Shown one piece after another: positions 14,359 through 26,414 of a stretch of DNA of 64,000 nucleotides; positions within the stretch are counted from its first letter, which is position 1; every line of letters begins with the position of its first letter. This DNA comes from Lama glama (lineage: Eukaryota), in contig CM052816.1 of the NCBI GenBank assembly GCA_028534125.1, positions 72,356,001 to 72,420,000 on the forward strand, in the 5' to 3' direction. The notes beneath the pieces are model-generated. The model had not been told where the DNA came from and did no database searches. It saw nothing but the letters and a program-made list of their open reading frames with translations. Position numbers and translations under genes: made by a program.

Positions 14359-16367
14359 CTGAGAGAAAATTCCACTCTTGTCCATAAATAATCATAGCCA
14401 AACAATCCCACAGTAGTGTAAGATCAATATATTTTTTGAATTCTGAATTGTATAATGTTAGGTAATATCTTGTTGTGTCAAAAACAGTCAAGTTCAGTGG
14501 AAACATAGAACTCACTGCATTTCCATGTCAGTCTCTTCCCACCAAATTAAAAGAAAAAAACAAATTTAGGGTCTAATCTCATCTAGATTCTTCCTGTCTC
14601 CTGAGTGTAAAAATGAAACCAACAACATAAAAAATTTACCAAACTGTACTCTGAAGGCTCTAAGAGACCTTTAGCAAATGACCATTGTTATGTCAATTTA
14701 CCAGCCTAACTATCCTGGGTATAATAGACAGGATGATAGTATAAAAATAGTAAATGGATAAGCACATGTATAATCATTTATTCATATGTTCATACATTCA
14801 AGAAATGAATATTAATATACATTGTGCAACAGTGCCTGGAATGGTTCTTGGTCTGGGAGATAGAATGGCAAACAAAATGAAGTACCTGCCTCATGGAACT
14901 TAGCTTCTACTGGGAAAGACAGATAAACAAAAAGGCAAATAAAATATATATAGTATGTTAGTTGGGATTAATAAATGCTATCAAGAAAAAACAAAACAGA
15001 TGAGGAAAGACTAACTTGTGCTTTGATTTAAGGTATACCGGTTAGAAGTCTCTTCCAGAGGAAGCCCAAGCAGAGACCAGACAGACTAAAGTTAATATAT
15101 CTGAGAAAAATATGACAGACTGAGGGATAGAAAGCACATAGACCCTAAGATAATAATGTTCTTGATATGTTGTTCAAGGAGCAGCTAGCAGCCCACTACA
15201 GCTGGAATACAGTGAACGAGGATAAAGAGTTGGAAAGAGCAGCCAACGAACGTGCAGGCCATGGAAAGGATTTTAATTTCATTCTGAATCATGTGAAAAA
15301 TTAGCATTAGGTACAGCTGCACGTGATGACAAATTTATATTTAGACTAGCTTAAGAAAGATAGATTATTTCTCTTTCATATAAAGACATCAAGATATAGG
15401 CATCAAAAACTTCAAAAAAAAATTGGCAGTGACAGAGCTCCTTCTATCTTGCTCTTCACTGATTCTTAGAATGTGGTTTTAGCCTTGGGAACTGAGATGG
15501 CTGAATAAGCTCCAGCTGTCAACCCTGCATTTCAATCATCAGAAAGTACAAGGGAGCAAAGGAAATGTTTCTATTTATAAAGTTATATCCCAAGACATTT
15601 ATGATTACATTCCATTGAATAGAACTTAATCTTAAGGCCACACCTAGGTATGAGAAAAAGCAGAAAACGTAGTGTTCATTCTAGACACTTGTGAATATAT
15701 CAGGGGTTAAACTCTCAAAGAATAATAAATAGGTATTGGTGGAAATGAGTAGACTCTGACATAAGAGCCATTGGATGGTGTTGAGCAGAAGTGTGACACA
15801 ATCTGATTTACATTATTAAAGGGTAGCTTTGCCTGGTGTGTGGAGAATGGAGGATGCAAGAGCTGAAGCAGGGAGACCAGCTGAAAGTGCACAGTAGTCA
15901 TCTAAATTCTACTAAGGTCACCTTGGTTATGGTTTAATAGATTCATAGCTATAGAGTTCACTTTGGAACAAATCAGATACAAGTTCTTGACATTACATCC
16001 CCAAATTTATTTTTCCTTAATTATTCACTTTATATTTGCTTCAAAAAATCACAAAGTCAATTGACGATATAAAAGTCTTTTTCTGTATCCCTATTCCAAT
16101 GAGGTACACATCGAATCTCATGGACAGGAAATTCTCTCTCAATATTAAATATATAAATTAGTGCAACAATTATGGTAAAACAAATTAATATATGTTTAGT
16201 AATATTAGTAGCCTTTAGAGAAATTACTGAAATCAATGTTAGTCATTACAGAGCATAATCTCAGTACAAAACATTTTGCCATCATTCTCTTGCCAGTCTA
16301 TGTGGACTAGAATTTGAAAATATTATTTCTACAAATCTCTTTCCAGTGAGAATTCAATCTACAGTTG

Positions 16368-16600
16368 AAAGAGAAAGAGAGAGAGAAGGAAAGGAAAGGG
16401 GAAGGGGAGGTAGGGAGGGAGGGGGAGAGGAAAGAAAGAAGGAGAGAAAGAAAGAGAAAGAAAGAAAGAGAAAGAAAGAAAGAAAGAAGGAAAGAAAAGA
16501 AAGAAAAGAAAAGAAAGAAAAGGAAAAGAAAAGAAAAGAAAAAAGAAAAGAAAAGAAAAGAAAAGAAAAAAGGAAGAAAAAGGGGAAAAGAAAGAAAAAG
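16368..16600 (+). repeat. Polypurine (GAAA)n/(GAAAA)n simple repeat
   Basis: Seen directly. Confidence 0.95.
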
Positions 16601-17259
16601 TGACAGTCACCCTTATGGAGGGCCATGGCATAAAGGCAGCAAGAAAGATAATCTGGTAAAGTTACAGTTTTGACTGTTTTCCCTTTATTTTTCATATTAA
16701 CATGCCTACCAAATCTTTTAATAATGTATGATTTTTTTTTCACTGAAGGAAGAGAAATTATACTTTGTTTTTGAGCAGACATTTCTTCCCACTTGGCTAG
16801 GAAAATGCAGTTCATGTTGTGCATGCTTGAGGGCAAGGTAGAGGGAAAGAAAAATTTAAAAACAAAAAGAAGCTGGAAAACAAGTCATTATTTTCTCATC
16901 CAGCTAAATAGCATGAAATTTGATTTCCAAAAGGACTTGATGTGTTTGGTATCTTGATATCCAGGCCAGCTGCCTGTGCAGTAGTCTGATTTGAAGAGTA
17001 TTAGGGAAATTCCACCAACTGTAAATATTTCCTCCACTCCTTCAGTAAAATCACTCCTTCGGAAAAGTAAAACTTAGAAAGTCAGAGGCATATAAAGAGA
17101 AGGACACCAAAAACCAATTTTCTAAGGGGCAGTATAATGGATGGTTCAGTTCCTGCCCATATATGGACTAGGAAGAATAATTATTTCAATATTTTTTTAT
17201 TTCATTTTAGTATACTTTGGGGTTTAACAGAATTGTTTCAAGAAGTTCTTCAATAAACA

Positions 17260-17759
17260 NNNNNNNNNNNNNNNNNNNNNNNNNNNNNNNNNNNNNNNNN
17301 NNNNNNNNNNNNNNNNNNNNNNNNNNNNNNNNNNNNNNNNNNNNNNNNNNNNNNNNNNNNNNNNNNNNNNNNNNNNNNNNNNNNNNNNNNNNNNNNNNNN
17401 NNNNNNNNNNNNNNNNNNNNNNNNNNNNNNNNNNNNNNNNNNNNNNNNNNNNNNNNNNNNNNNNNNNNNNNNNNNNNNNNNNNNNNNNNNNNNNNNNNNN
17501 NNNNNNNNNNNNNNNNNNNNNNNNNNNNNNNNNNNNNNNNNNNNNNNNNNNNNNNNNNNNNNNNNNNNNNNNNNNNNNNNNNNNNNNNNNNNNNNNNNNN
17601 NNNNNNNNNNNNNNNNNNNNNNNNNNNNNNNNNNNNNNNNNNNNNNNNNNNNNNNNNNNNNNNNNNNNNNNNNNNNNNNNNNNNNNNNNNNNNNNNNNNN
17701 NNNNNNNNNNNNNNNNNNNNNNNNNNNNNNNNNNNNNNNNNNNNNNNNNNNNNNNNNNN
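17260..17759. other. Assembly gap (500 N)
   Basis: Run of N. Confidence 1.
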
Positions 17760-18174
17760 CCACAAAGTATTAGAGTCTAGTTGTCTGTACTGCCTTGTCT
17801 TTACCTCATTTAAAGTCCCTTCTTCCACAGCAGTACCAACAGTAAACAACAACAACAACAACGAAAAGCCCAGTCTGAGATATAGAAGGTTCCCAGCACC
17901 TGAAATCATGTTATTTAGAAAAAGTGTTCTAAATACAGTATTGCTCTTTTTACTAGAGATGAATATCAACTTTCTTAATAACCTCTCCCTCCCAGGAAAG
18001 CAATTATGCTGAGAAAATGTGATATTTGGACAACAGTATATTATTCACTATTTACCTAGAAAGAATAAATTATCACATGCATTTAACATTTTTTGTGTAA
18101 GTAAGGTTTCTTCCAGTTCTAATGTTTTGTGATTCTAAGAACAGAAGGATATTCTTTAATGGTTGAAATAATGA

Positions 18175-18400
18175 GTCATCAGTGTTCACTGAGCATTTTC
18201 TATGTGCCAGACACTGTTAAATAACATGCCTTATTGTATTTCATTCTCAGAAGACATCTATAAGAAAGGCAGTGCTATTACACCCCACTGATAGGTGGGA
18301 AAGTGAGGCTTAGTGAGGTTGAGCCTTGCCTGAGTTCCCCGGGAGTAAAAGGTAGAGCTGAGCTTTTAGACTCGAAGGCCCAAGAGTTAGGCACTCTACG
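18175..18400 (+). mobile_element. MIR relic
   Basis: ctatgtgccagacactg...gaaagtgaggcttagtgaggttgag. Confidence 0.65.
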
Positions 18401-19018
18401 CTACCAACCAAAACACTGAGAGCTCTTGTTTGTTATTTCAAGATTTTACCTGGAATAATTTTATTTATGAAGTGTGTAGATTTAATAGATTCTAAAGATA
18501 ATATTTCTAAGCTAAGAAGGAAAAATCGTCATAGATTTCAATTCAAACCCTGAAAATATGAGAAAAAAATGGAAAGGAGAGAAAAAGGAACTAACAATAA
18601 ATTTATCAGCACCATCCAAATAGGGTAAGTAGCATAATTTAATTTAAAAACCACAGCAAACAAACAAGCAAAACCCAAAACGTTAGTAAAGAATGAAAAC
18701 TCATTTCTGAGCAGGATAAAAAAGCACAGCCTGGTATGGCTCCTTACACTAATTTAAGCCCAGAAGCCCTCTGAGCGAGCAGAGAATTTCCACTAATATC
18801 TACAACTTAGTGGAAATCAACGTTGATTTCCGGGGCACCATTCTGAAGGAGCACCATGGAGACCCCCTACTGGTAGAAATGAAGAGAAAGAAAGGAAAGG
18901 CCTTTGGAATTGAAGTTCCAGTTCTACGTTCTGAAATTGGGGAAATGATCTGAAATCCAATGGTATTTCTCTCATAGAAATGGCCTACTCTACCCCTCAT
19001 TCTAAAACTGGTGGAGTA

Positions 19019-19276
19019 CAGGACTGCCAGACAAGACATTTATAATAAACAATTATTCATTGTTTATCTAAAATAAAAATTCAACTAAATGTCATATTTC
19101 TATTTGCTATAGAACATGTAGTTAAACTTGAGTTTCAGATAAACAATGAATATTATTTAGAACAAGTATGCCAAGTATTGCATGAGACACACATATACTA
19201 AAAAAAAAAATACTGCTTATCTGAAATTCAAATTTGACTATGAATTCTGTATTTTTCTTTGCTAGATCTGGCAATT
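19019..19276. mobile_element. MER33/MER3-like hAT-Charlie DNA transposon relic
   Basis: Inverted ends (tgccaga...tctggca) and internal inverted tttcagataa/ttatctgaaa. Confidence 0.7.
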
Positions 19277-19893
19277 CAAATGAGGTAGAATCCCTAGTAT
19301 AGGACAATCAAATATTAGGATTAAAAACAGATAAACAAGAAAACAGGGGCAATGTAGGTTAACAAAGACAAGTTGATGATATTGGACTCATTTAAATATA
19401 GAACTCATACTGAAGAACATGCTATAAGTGGATATGTAACAAAAAATGAAGCCTGGGATATATAAAAATATAAAGTTGAGAAACAAGAGAGTGAACAAAT
19501 AAGGTAACCATGATTCAAAAGGATAAGATATTAAGAATGGGTAACTCTGGGTGATGAGTAATTGCTATTTTTGTCTAGGTACTGTACTATATATTTTTAA
19601 AAATTAAAGAAATTCTATCCTCCCCCCAAACATATATATAATGTCCAGTATCATTTAGAACTAAAAAGGTAGAAGAAATTGGAAGAAGGCTTATAAAATA
19701 TTAGAAATTATTTTATTTCCCCCTGAGAAATGAATCTGCCTGCATGTAAGGGAAGAGACAATGATGTACACATTGGGCACACAGGGAAAAACAAGGCAAG
19801 AAGAAGGACTAAAAAAGACCCAGGAATAAGAGAGATTAAAAAAATCTTCTGTCTAAAGTTAATTTGAGACATTTTATACAAAGTCAGCCTTAC

Positions 19894-19987
19894 GTTGCAA
19901 GATTATTTCATGGACCAATCCTCATTTACTACTTTGTGTGAGGATTGGTTTAATTTCCATCTAATTGTCTTCTGCTCATGGTATTTG
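19894..19987 (-). pseudogene. Exon remnant, 94 nt: KYHEQKTIRWKLNQSSHKVVNEDWSMK*SCN
   Basis: cttttctgtaatcag| acceptor, AAC|gtaagg donor. Confidence 0.6.
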
Positions 19988-20762
19988 CTGATTACAGAAA
20001 AGCAAGGAGAGTTACAATTCTCCCATCCCAGTTTCCCACTTCCCCTAACAACTGGTGATGGTCTACTCAGAGTGAGAGATGACAGACTTGTGCCTGAGGA
20101 CTGACAGTGATGAATGATGATCTGGTGGGTCTAGACACCCTTCTATCTACTGTCAGGCTATTTTTATTAACTACCTTTCCCAAAGCTTCAACTAAACGCA
20201 AGTATTTCATTCTGAAGTACTGGTTATGTTAACCAAGCTATAATTAATCTAAAAGGGCTAACTAGATTATTAAATTAATCCTAAAGAGATAAACTGGGGA
20301 TTTTTTTTTTTTGGATGGAGAAACTTCATAGGGGTGTTCTGTCACTGCTGCTACAACTATAAAACCTCAAAACAGTAATAATAAAAAAGATAGTAATGAT
20401 AATGATGATTAATAATAATGATGAAATTATAACTGTTTACATGTTTGTCTACTTCCTTTAACAGTGGTATAATTCCTAAGCCTATGTTTTCTTTTTAAGA
20501 TTACCTAATTTGCATGTATAAACAAATATAATAATCATAATTATAATAATTATTGTTTTGACTATAAACCTTAGGAACTTCCGCCCTATCCCACGCGAAT
20601 AATGACTCTCAGCACGTTAGACATTCATTTACTCATTTGGGCCTCCTGTGTCACCTCGAAACAGGTTTCCCCACCCTCCCTCCCTTAAACGCACTTGGTC
20701 AATCTCGTGACACCATGTCAAAATGATTCCGCCACAACTGCATTAACAAGAAGACCTCTCAC

Positions 20763-21905
20763 CTGGCATCTCAAAGCAAGAACCTAAGCATGAACAGCGC
20801 CAAGGAACACCTGCTGGACCAGGCACTTCTGAGACTCCACAGAGACTTGCCATTCTGAAGTCTGGCTTGGGACACCTAGCAAGCAAACCCGAATTCTCGC
20901 GGAGACCTTCTCCGACCCAATGGTCAGAGTCACACTGCCACTGTGATTTGTCCCAAGGGACAGCTAAGAGAGAAATGGGGCTCTCTCCCACCAAAGCTGC
21001 AAGGGCAGGGCAAATGAGGCCGCATTTGGGGAAGAAACTACACATGCGCCTACCGGGAGTCGTCTTCCAGAAGTCCAGGGCACCGCGTCCAAGCGCCAGG
21101 ATACAGGCACAGGCTGCTGGGGGGCCAGGTCCAAGTCTGGCAAGTTCAAGGGCTGCAGGAAACCGAACTCATGATTCCATTTTCTTCGAGGTGAGTGGTT
21201 CCTCCTGGCAGCTCTGAGACTCTAGAATTTGTCCCAGGAGACAGTCGCTGACTACTCCTCCAGCTTTTCTGCTCAAGAGCAGCCTCAGGCCGTTGCTGTC
21301 TCTTTCTGCCCCAGCTTTCTGCCAGCACCCTGCTTTTTGCATGGCCGCTTCAGCAGGAAAAGTTCTGTTTTTAACACCTTGAGGGGGACGCTCAAGGGTG
21401 AGGCCGAGGCCTGGGTGGTGGAGCGTGCGGCTTCCCCGGAAGGCAAACAGGAACCTGAAGATGGAGCCAGCAGGATGTTCTATGTGGCTTGGGTATGTCG
21501 GGGAATGGGTGCAGGGGTGCAGGTCCCGCGCAGGGCGAGGAGAGGATGAGACCAGATGCGCTGAGCATAAGGCCCGAGAACGGCGCAAACTGTCTCAGGC
21601 GCTGCTGCCAGCCGCTTTCCCCAGAGGCAGCAGGATTTCCCGCGTCTCGCGAGACCACGGGGATGACAGGGAGCCCCGAGATCACAGACAGTTCGGTGCC
21701 CCAGTGCCTGAGGGCCTTTGTCTCACACTCCTCTTTAGGGAGTCTGGCTTATGCCACCTACTAAGCAAGCCCCATTTCTCCTTGATGCCCCCACTCCCCC
21801 CGCAGTGCTGTGACTGTTGGAGGCGGCGGCAGGCTCTCGTCAGACAGCTGTGGAGCGGCGCAACCCCCTGGGGCCAGAGCGGGAAGTGAGCTGCGCGTGC
21901 AAGTG
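20763..21905 (-). pseudogene. Large GC-rich exon remnant, 1143 nt; starts RTCTRSSLPALAPGGCAAPQLSDESLPPPPT..., broken by stops and frameshifts
   Basis: ccctgatttacag| acceptor, CAG|gtgaga donor; first ~47 codons continue the upstream exon's frame. Confidence 0.55.
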
Positions 21906-22085
21906 CTGTAAATCAGGGCTTCTAGGGGACTGAAGGCCCAAGGCAGCGACTTCGGAGTCTGGTGTGGAGCCCCGGGGTCCCCGTCCCAGGCTGGCGTCCA
22001 AACCTCAGCAACACTTACCGCAGTTCCATTATCCTCAGGGCACTTGATCCTCTCGGGAGCTGCAAGGTGTCTAGAATTCGTCCCA
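20880..22085. promoter_or_regulatory. CpG island / putative promoter
   Basis: Only GC- and CpG-rich kilobase in an otherwise CpG-depleted window. Confidence 0.7.
21645..21654. promoter_or_regulatory. TCTCGCGAGA palindrome (CGCG element; BANP/ZBTB33-associated motif)
   Basis: Exact 10-bp match within the CpG island. Confidence 0.65.
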
Positions 22086-22100
22086 GGAGACCATCCACAG
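22019..22100 (-). pseudogene. Exon remnant, 82 nt: (A)VDGLLGRILDTLQLPRGSSALRIMEL(R)
   Basis: Polypyrimidine tract ttttccttctttttattcAC (AG lost), GCG|gtaagt donor; open, phase 1 to 2. Confidence 0.7.
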
Positions 22101-22984
22101 GTGAATAAAAAGAAGGAAAACTCAAATTGTTTCCGATGATAGTTATGCCACTCCTACCAACAGAGCAGGGGAGAGAGATAGTTATATACTGTGGAAATCC
22201 TCCCCTTTTCGTAATCTACACAACATAACCTAATATTTTAAATGTTATTTTTAAATAGCCGTTATTTGTAGGCTGTGGAGCATTTGTTGATTATTATTTA
22301 TTTTTATCTAGATATTTGTTATACAAATGAGGTAAAAATGATTTTTCTCTTTAATAATGTCATTAGAGGGCAAATACTGTATTTTGTGATACATGTTTCC
22401 TGTGATTGATATAGAATATTCTAGCACGTAAGCCTGTAGTCAAAATAAAACAGTATACTGGGAAGTACAAGTCGGTATTTCACTCTTAGGTTCTTAAGTT
22501 TGCCACCAACTAGCTCTTGGACACTGAATGAGTTTGGTTAATGTTTAATAGTTGTATTTTCTGAACAAGTTTCAGTTTTGGGTAGAGAGATACCCACATT
22601 TTATTGACCACATTGGGGTCATCCTTCCACTCACTGGTCAGAGGAGAATTGAGCCCCTTGATTTAAATTCTTAACAAGGCTCTACCCAATAAAGACATGT
22701 TATTTCCTCAAAGCTAAACAGAAGGAAAAACAGATCCTGGACAAACAATAAAATGATTTTCACTCAGGATAGTTGGTTGTTAGTGGCTAAATAGTATTAG
22801 TGTCTTAACATTTTAAAATTGGTTTATTCTCTTCACTAGTACTTTATTGGCTCCTGTTTGTTCTCCATTTAGAAGTTGCTATAGACTTCTCCAAGGTCAA
22901 ATCTTTTTCTCAGACAACAATAGTCAAGATCAATTTTCAAAATGTGACACAGTGTATAGCATTTCTGCTGTACATTTTTGCTTC

Positions 22985-23339
22985 TGTTAAAAGAAAAACT
23001 GAGACATTAAAATTTTCAAGAATTTGAGCAAATGTCGATTTGAATTAAGCAGCACCAAACCAAAAGTGTTCAGAAATGTTTTGCTGACAAGACTCAGGGG
23101 AAAAGCTTTTATAGAACACAGCAGACCAAGAAAATAATTTGATTGGTTGTAGCTTAAGTTGTCTTATTTGGGAAAGTGTAATTTACTGTTTGTGATTGGT
23201 CATTCATAAATTTCATTTTCTCAGGTAAAGATGTGTTTATAGGAATTGACTCTAGCTTAAATTTTGGATTGCTTACATGGGCTACTGATGCATTAGAGCC
23301 ATCTCAGTCTAATGACCTCCTTGTTTAATTACGTTAACA
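22985..23339. mobile_element. Solo LTR (ERV1-class, old)
   Basis: TGTTAA...TTAACA inverted termini, ~355 bp. Confidence 0.6.
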
Positions 23340-24081
23340 CTTAATGTCATTAACCAACTGAAGAAATGATGAGTTGGCAAGAGAATAGGTAGAAGGATCT
23401 TTATATAACTATGTCCAGGAATACATTAGAACTATGTGATACATTGGAAAAAGTAAGAGATGTTAGGTTACTCTGGGTTCAGCAGGTGTCCATGCTACCT
23501 GAATTTTGATATATCGTAAAGAAAGAAGTCTCATTTAAGTCTCTGAGTGAAGTCATTCTCTTATGTTTTTTACTTTACCTACATGATGATGAATATTACA
23601 TTTATATCTAGGACAGAGCTCTCCTTTTGAGCTCTGAGTCTGTTCCACTGCTTACTTGACATCTCTGCCTAGACATCTTTCTTCCCCAACTTTCTCTTCT
23701 TCCAGTGCTCTAAATCTTAGTTACTAAGCTACAAACTTTGGAGTCATCTATGAGTCTTTTCCTCACCAAACATAAGTTAATTGGCTCTCCCTTCTAAATC
23801 ACTTTGTTCTCTGTCCCCATTTTGATCCATGTAACTACACTGTCCATTAATTAAATATAGTATGTTGCATGCTAATTGAGTAATTCACAGAAGTGGAGAA
23901 GATATACACAAAAAATTAATTTTGATTATGTAATAAGTGCTATTATAGTGATACTGTAGGTAAATTGGCTTACCTACTCCTAGATGGTATGCAGCAGGGG
24001 GAAAGGGACACTACAGAAAGGCAGACAGGCCTGGATTTGAATTCTGATTAGTTGTATGACTTTGGGGAGATTATACAATCC

Positions 24082-25064
24082 TTCTTTTTTAATATATGTT
24101 TTTATTGAAGTTTAGTCAGTTTACAATGTTGTGTCAATTTATGGTGTACAGCACAGTGCTTCAGTCATATAGGAATGTACAAATATTCATTTCATATTCT
24201 TTTTCACTATAGGTTACTACAAGATATTGAATATAGTTCCCTGTGTTGTATAGTATAAACTTGTTTATCTATTTTATGTATATTAGTTACTATGTACAAA
24301 TCTCAAACTCCCAATTTACCACTTCTTACCCCTTTCCCCTTCAGTAATCGTAAGTTTGTTTTCTATGTCTATGAGTCTGTTTCTGTTTTGTAAAGAAGTT
24401 CATTTGTCTTTTTTTTTTTTTTTTGAGTTCACATATAAGTGATATCATATGGTATTTTTCTTTCTCTTTCTGGCTTACTTCACTTAGAATGACATTCTTC
24501 AGGTCCATCCATTGTTGCTGCAAATGGCATTATTTTATTCTTTTTATGGATGAGTAGTATTCCATTGTATAAGTATACCACAGCTTCTTTATCCAGTCAT
24601 CTGTTGGTGGACATTTAGGTTGTTTCCATGTCTTGGCTATTGTAGACAGTGCTGCTATGAATATTGGGGGTGCATGTATATTTTTAAATTAGAGTTTCCT
24701 CTGGATATATGCTAAGGAGTGAGATTGCTGGATCATCTAGTAAGTCTATTTTTAGTGGTTTGAGGAATCTCCATACTGCTTCCCATAACGGCTGCACCAA
24801 ACTACATTCCCACCAACAGTGTAGGAGGGTTGCCTTTTCTCTACACCCTCTCCAGCATTTATCATTTGTGAACTTTTGAATGATGGCCATTCTGACTGAT
24901 GTGAGGTGATACCTCATGTAGTTTTGATTTGCATTTCTCTGATAATTAGTGATCTTGAGCATTTTTTCATATGCCTATTGGCCATTTGTATGTCTTCATT
25001 GGAGAATTGCTTTCTTAGGTCTTCTGCCCATTTTTGGATTGTTGTCTGTTTTTTTCTTATTAAG
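24082..25064 (-). mobile_element. Younger L1 3' end (ORF2 C-terminus + 3' UTR) inserted into a MIR
   Basis: ORF with [12 protein letters not shown]...KCWRGC...[22 protein letters not shown] at 24071 and 25065. Confidence 0.9.
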
Positions 25065-25374
25065 TTATACAATCCCTCTTAACCTCCTTTTCCTCATCTA
25101 TTAAAATGGAGATAAAGATATTTATCTTATAAGATTCATGCAAGCATTATATGAGGTTATATATATGCATATCACATATATGCATATTATATAGATGAAT
25201 TTTACATGAGCTAATGGATATATATACACTATATATATATATGTTACACATTTGACTTGCATTTATTAAGCAAGTACTATTTGTCAGGTACTGTTAAAGG
25301 TTTTATGGTGCCAGTACTTAAGGAATATATAATCTAGGGGAAAATACAGAAAAATAAACAATAAAATCTAATGT

Positions 25375-25580
25375 TTAGAGATGGCTTACTATGTGATCAG
25401 TGCTATTTTAAGCATCCGATGGATAATAATTCATTTAATTTATAGGATAATCCTTTGAGGTAGGTGCTATTACTATACTGAAATTACAAATAAAGACACT
25501 GAATTGAAGATATGATGACTAATTTGCCCAAGGTCATGCACCTCAAAAGTAGTGGAGCCTGAGTTTGAACTCAGGGACTG
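25375..25580 (+). mobile_element. MIR relic
   Basis: ctttgaggtaggtgctattact...ttgcccaaggtcatgca...gagtttgaactcagg. Confidence 0.65.
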
Positions 25581-26279
25581 GTAGATTTGAGGGTTTGGAT
25601 TATGCTTTCCAAAGGAAGTGACTGTTATATCTAGTTATGATAACTAATAGATCTCTTGTGCCTCTTCTCTTTATCCTATATCCTCTTATCTAGTTTCTTT
25701 TCTCTACACTTAAAATCGCATTATTAGCATAATAAAGTGAGGAAAGTCATTGTAAAAACAAAATATTAATCTCTCTTTCTCCTCCATGATTGTTTCACAA
25801 GATACAAAGAGCCTAGGTCTCTAAATGACTATTAGAGGTAGAGCTGACCTGTACTGAATAGTGACATGAATGAGGCCTGTATGTGCGCACACACTTGCAC
25901 GTATGGTTAACAGTAGACAGCATTGTTTGTGATGAATAACGCAAAGAGAGAAAAGCATTTTCTTTTACGGCTGGATTACAGAATGTTCACTATTCATTCC
26001 AGGAATTTGAAAGTAAAGGAAATAAAAGGAAGGCAGTAATAGTGTCAAATTATTATTATGTTTTGAAAGGACAACATTTGAGTAGTGGGAGTTAGAGCTT
26101 TAGCAGAGAGGTGGATCTCAGTTATATAAAACATTAAATAAAATCCTTCTGAAGGCTGAGTATTGTAAGAAGGATTATTTGTCTTGCAAATTAATGAAAT
26201 CACCCCCACTCTTTTTGAGGCACAAGTTTTAAAGGTAAAATTTCATGAAAACAGATACTGGTAAGAATAAAAAGTAATT

Positions 26280-26414
26280 GGGGGAGGGTATAGCTCAAGT
26301 GGTAGCGTGCATGCTTACCATGCAGGAGGTTCTGGGTTCAATCCCTAGTATCTCCTCTAAAAATAAATAAAAGTAAATAAAACTAATTACCCCCCCCAAA
26401 AAAAAACTAAAAAG
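26280..26414 (+). mobile_element. tRNA-derived SINE (Vic-1-like)
   Basis: ggggagggtatagctcaagtggtag...gggttcaatcc; 16-bp TSD AAGAATAAAAAGTAAT at 26263-26278 and 26415-26430. Confidence 0.9.

Noticed and set aside
16346..16836. Lys/Arg/Glu-rich and Phe/Ser/Leu-rich ORFs
   Set aside because: Translations of the GAAA simple repeat.
17217..17969. Long ORFs spanning N runs (also 32817-33438)
   Set aside because: Artefacts of assembly gaps.
20743..21889. Cluster of overlapping 60-163 aa ORFs on both strands
   Set aside because: Expected in GC-rich, stop-poor DNA. None resembles a known protein; the PHRTSC likeness to RNF212 lacks the RING cysteine pattern.
26281..26354. tRNA-like sequence
   Set aside because: Head of a SINE with A-rich tail and TSD, present in four diverged copies; not called as a tRNA gene.
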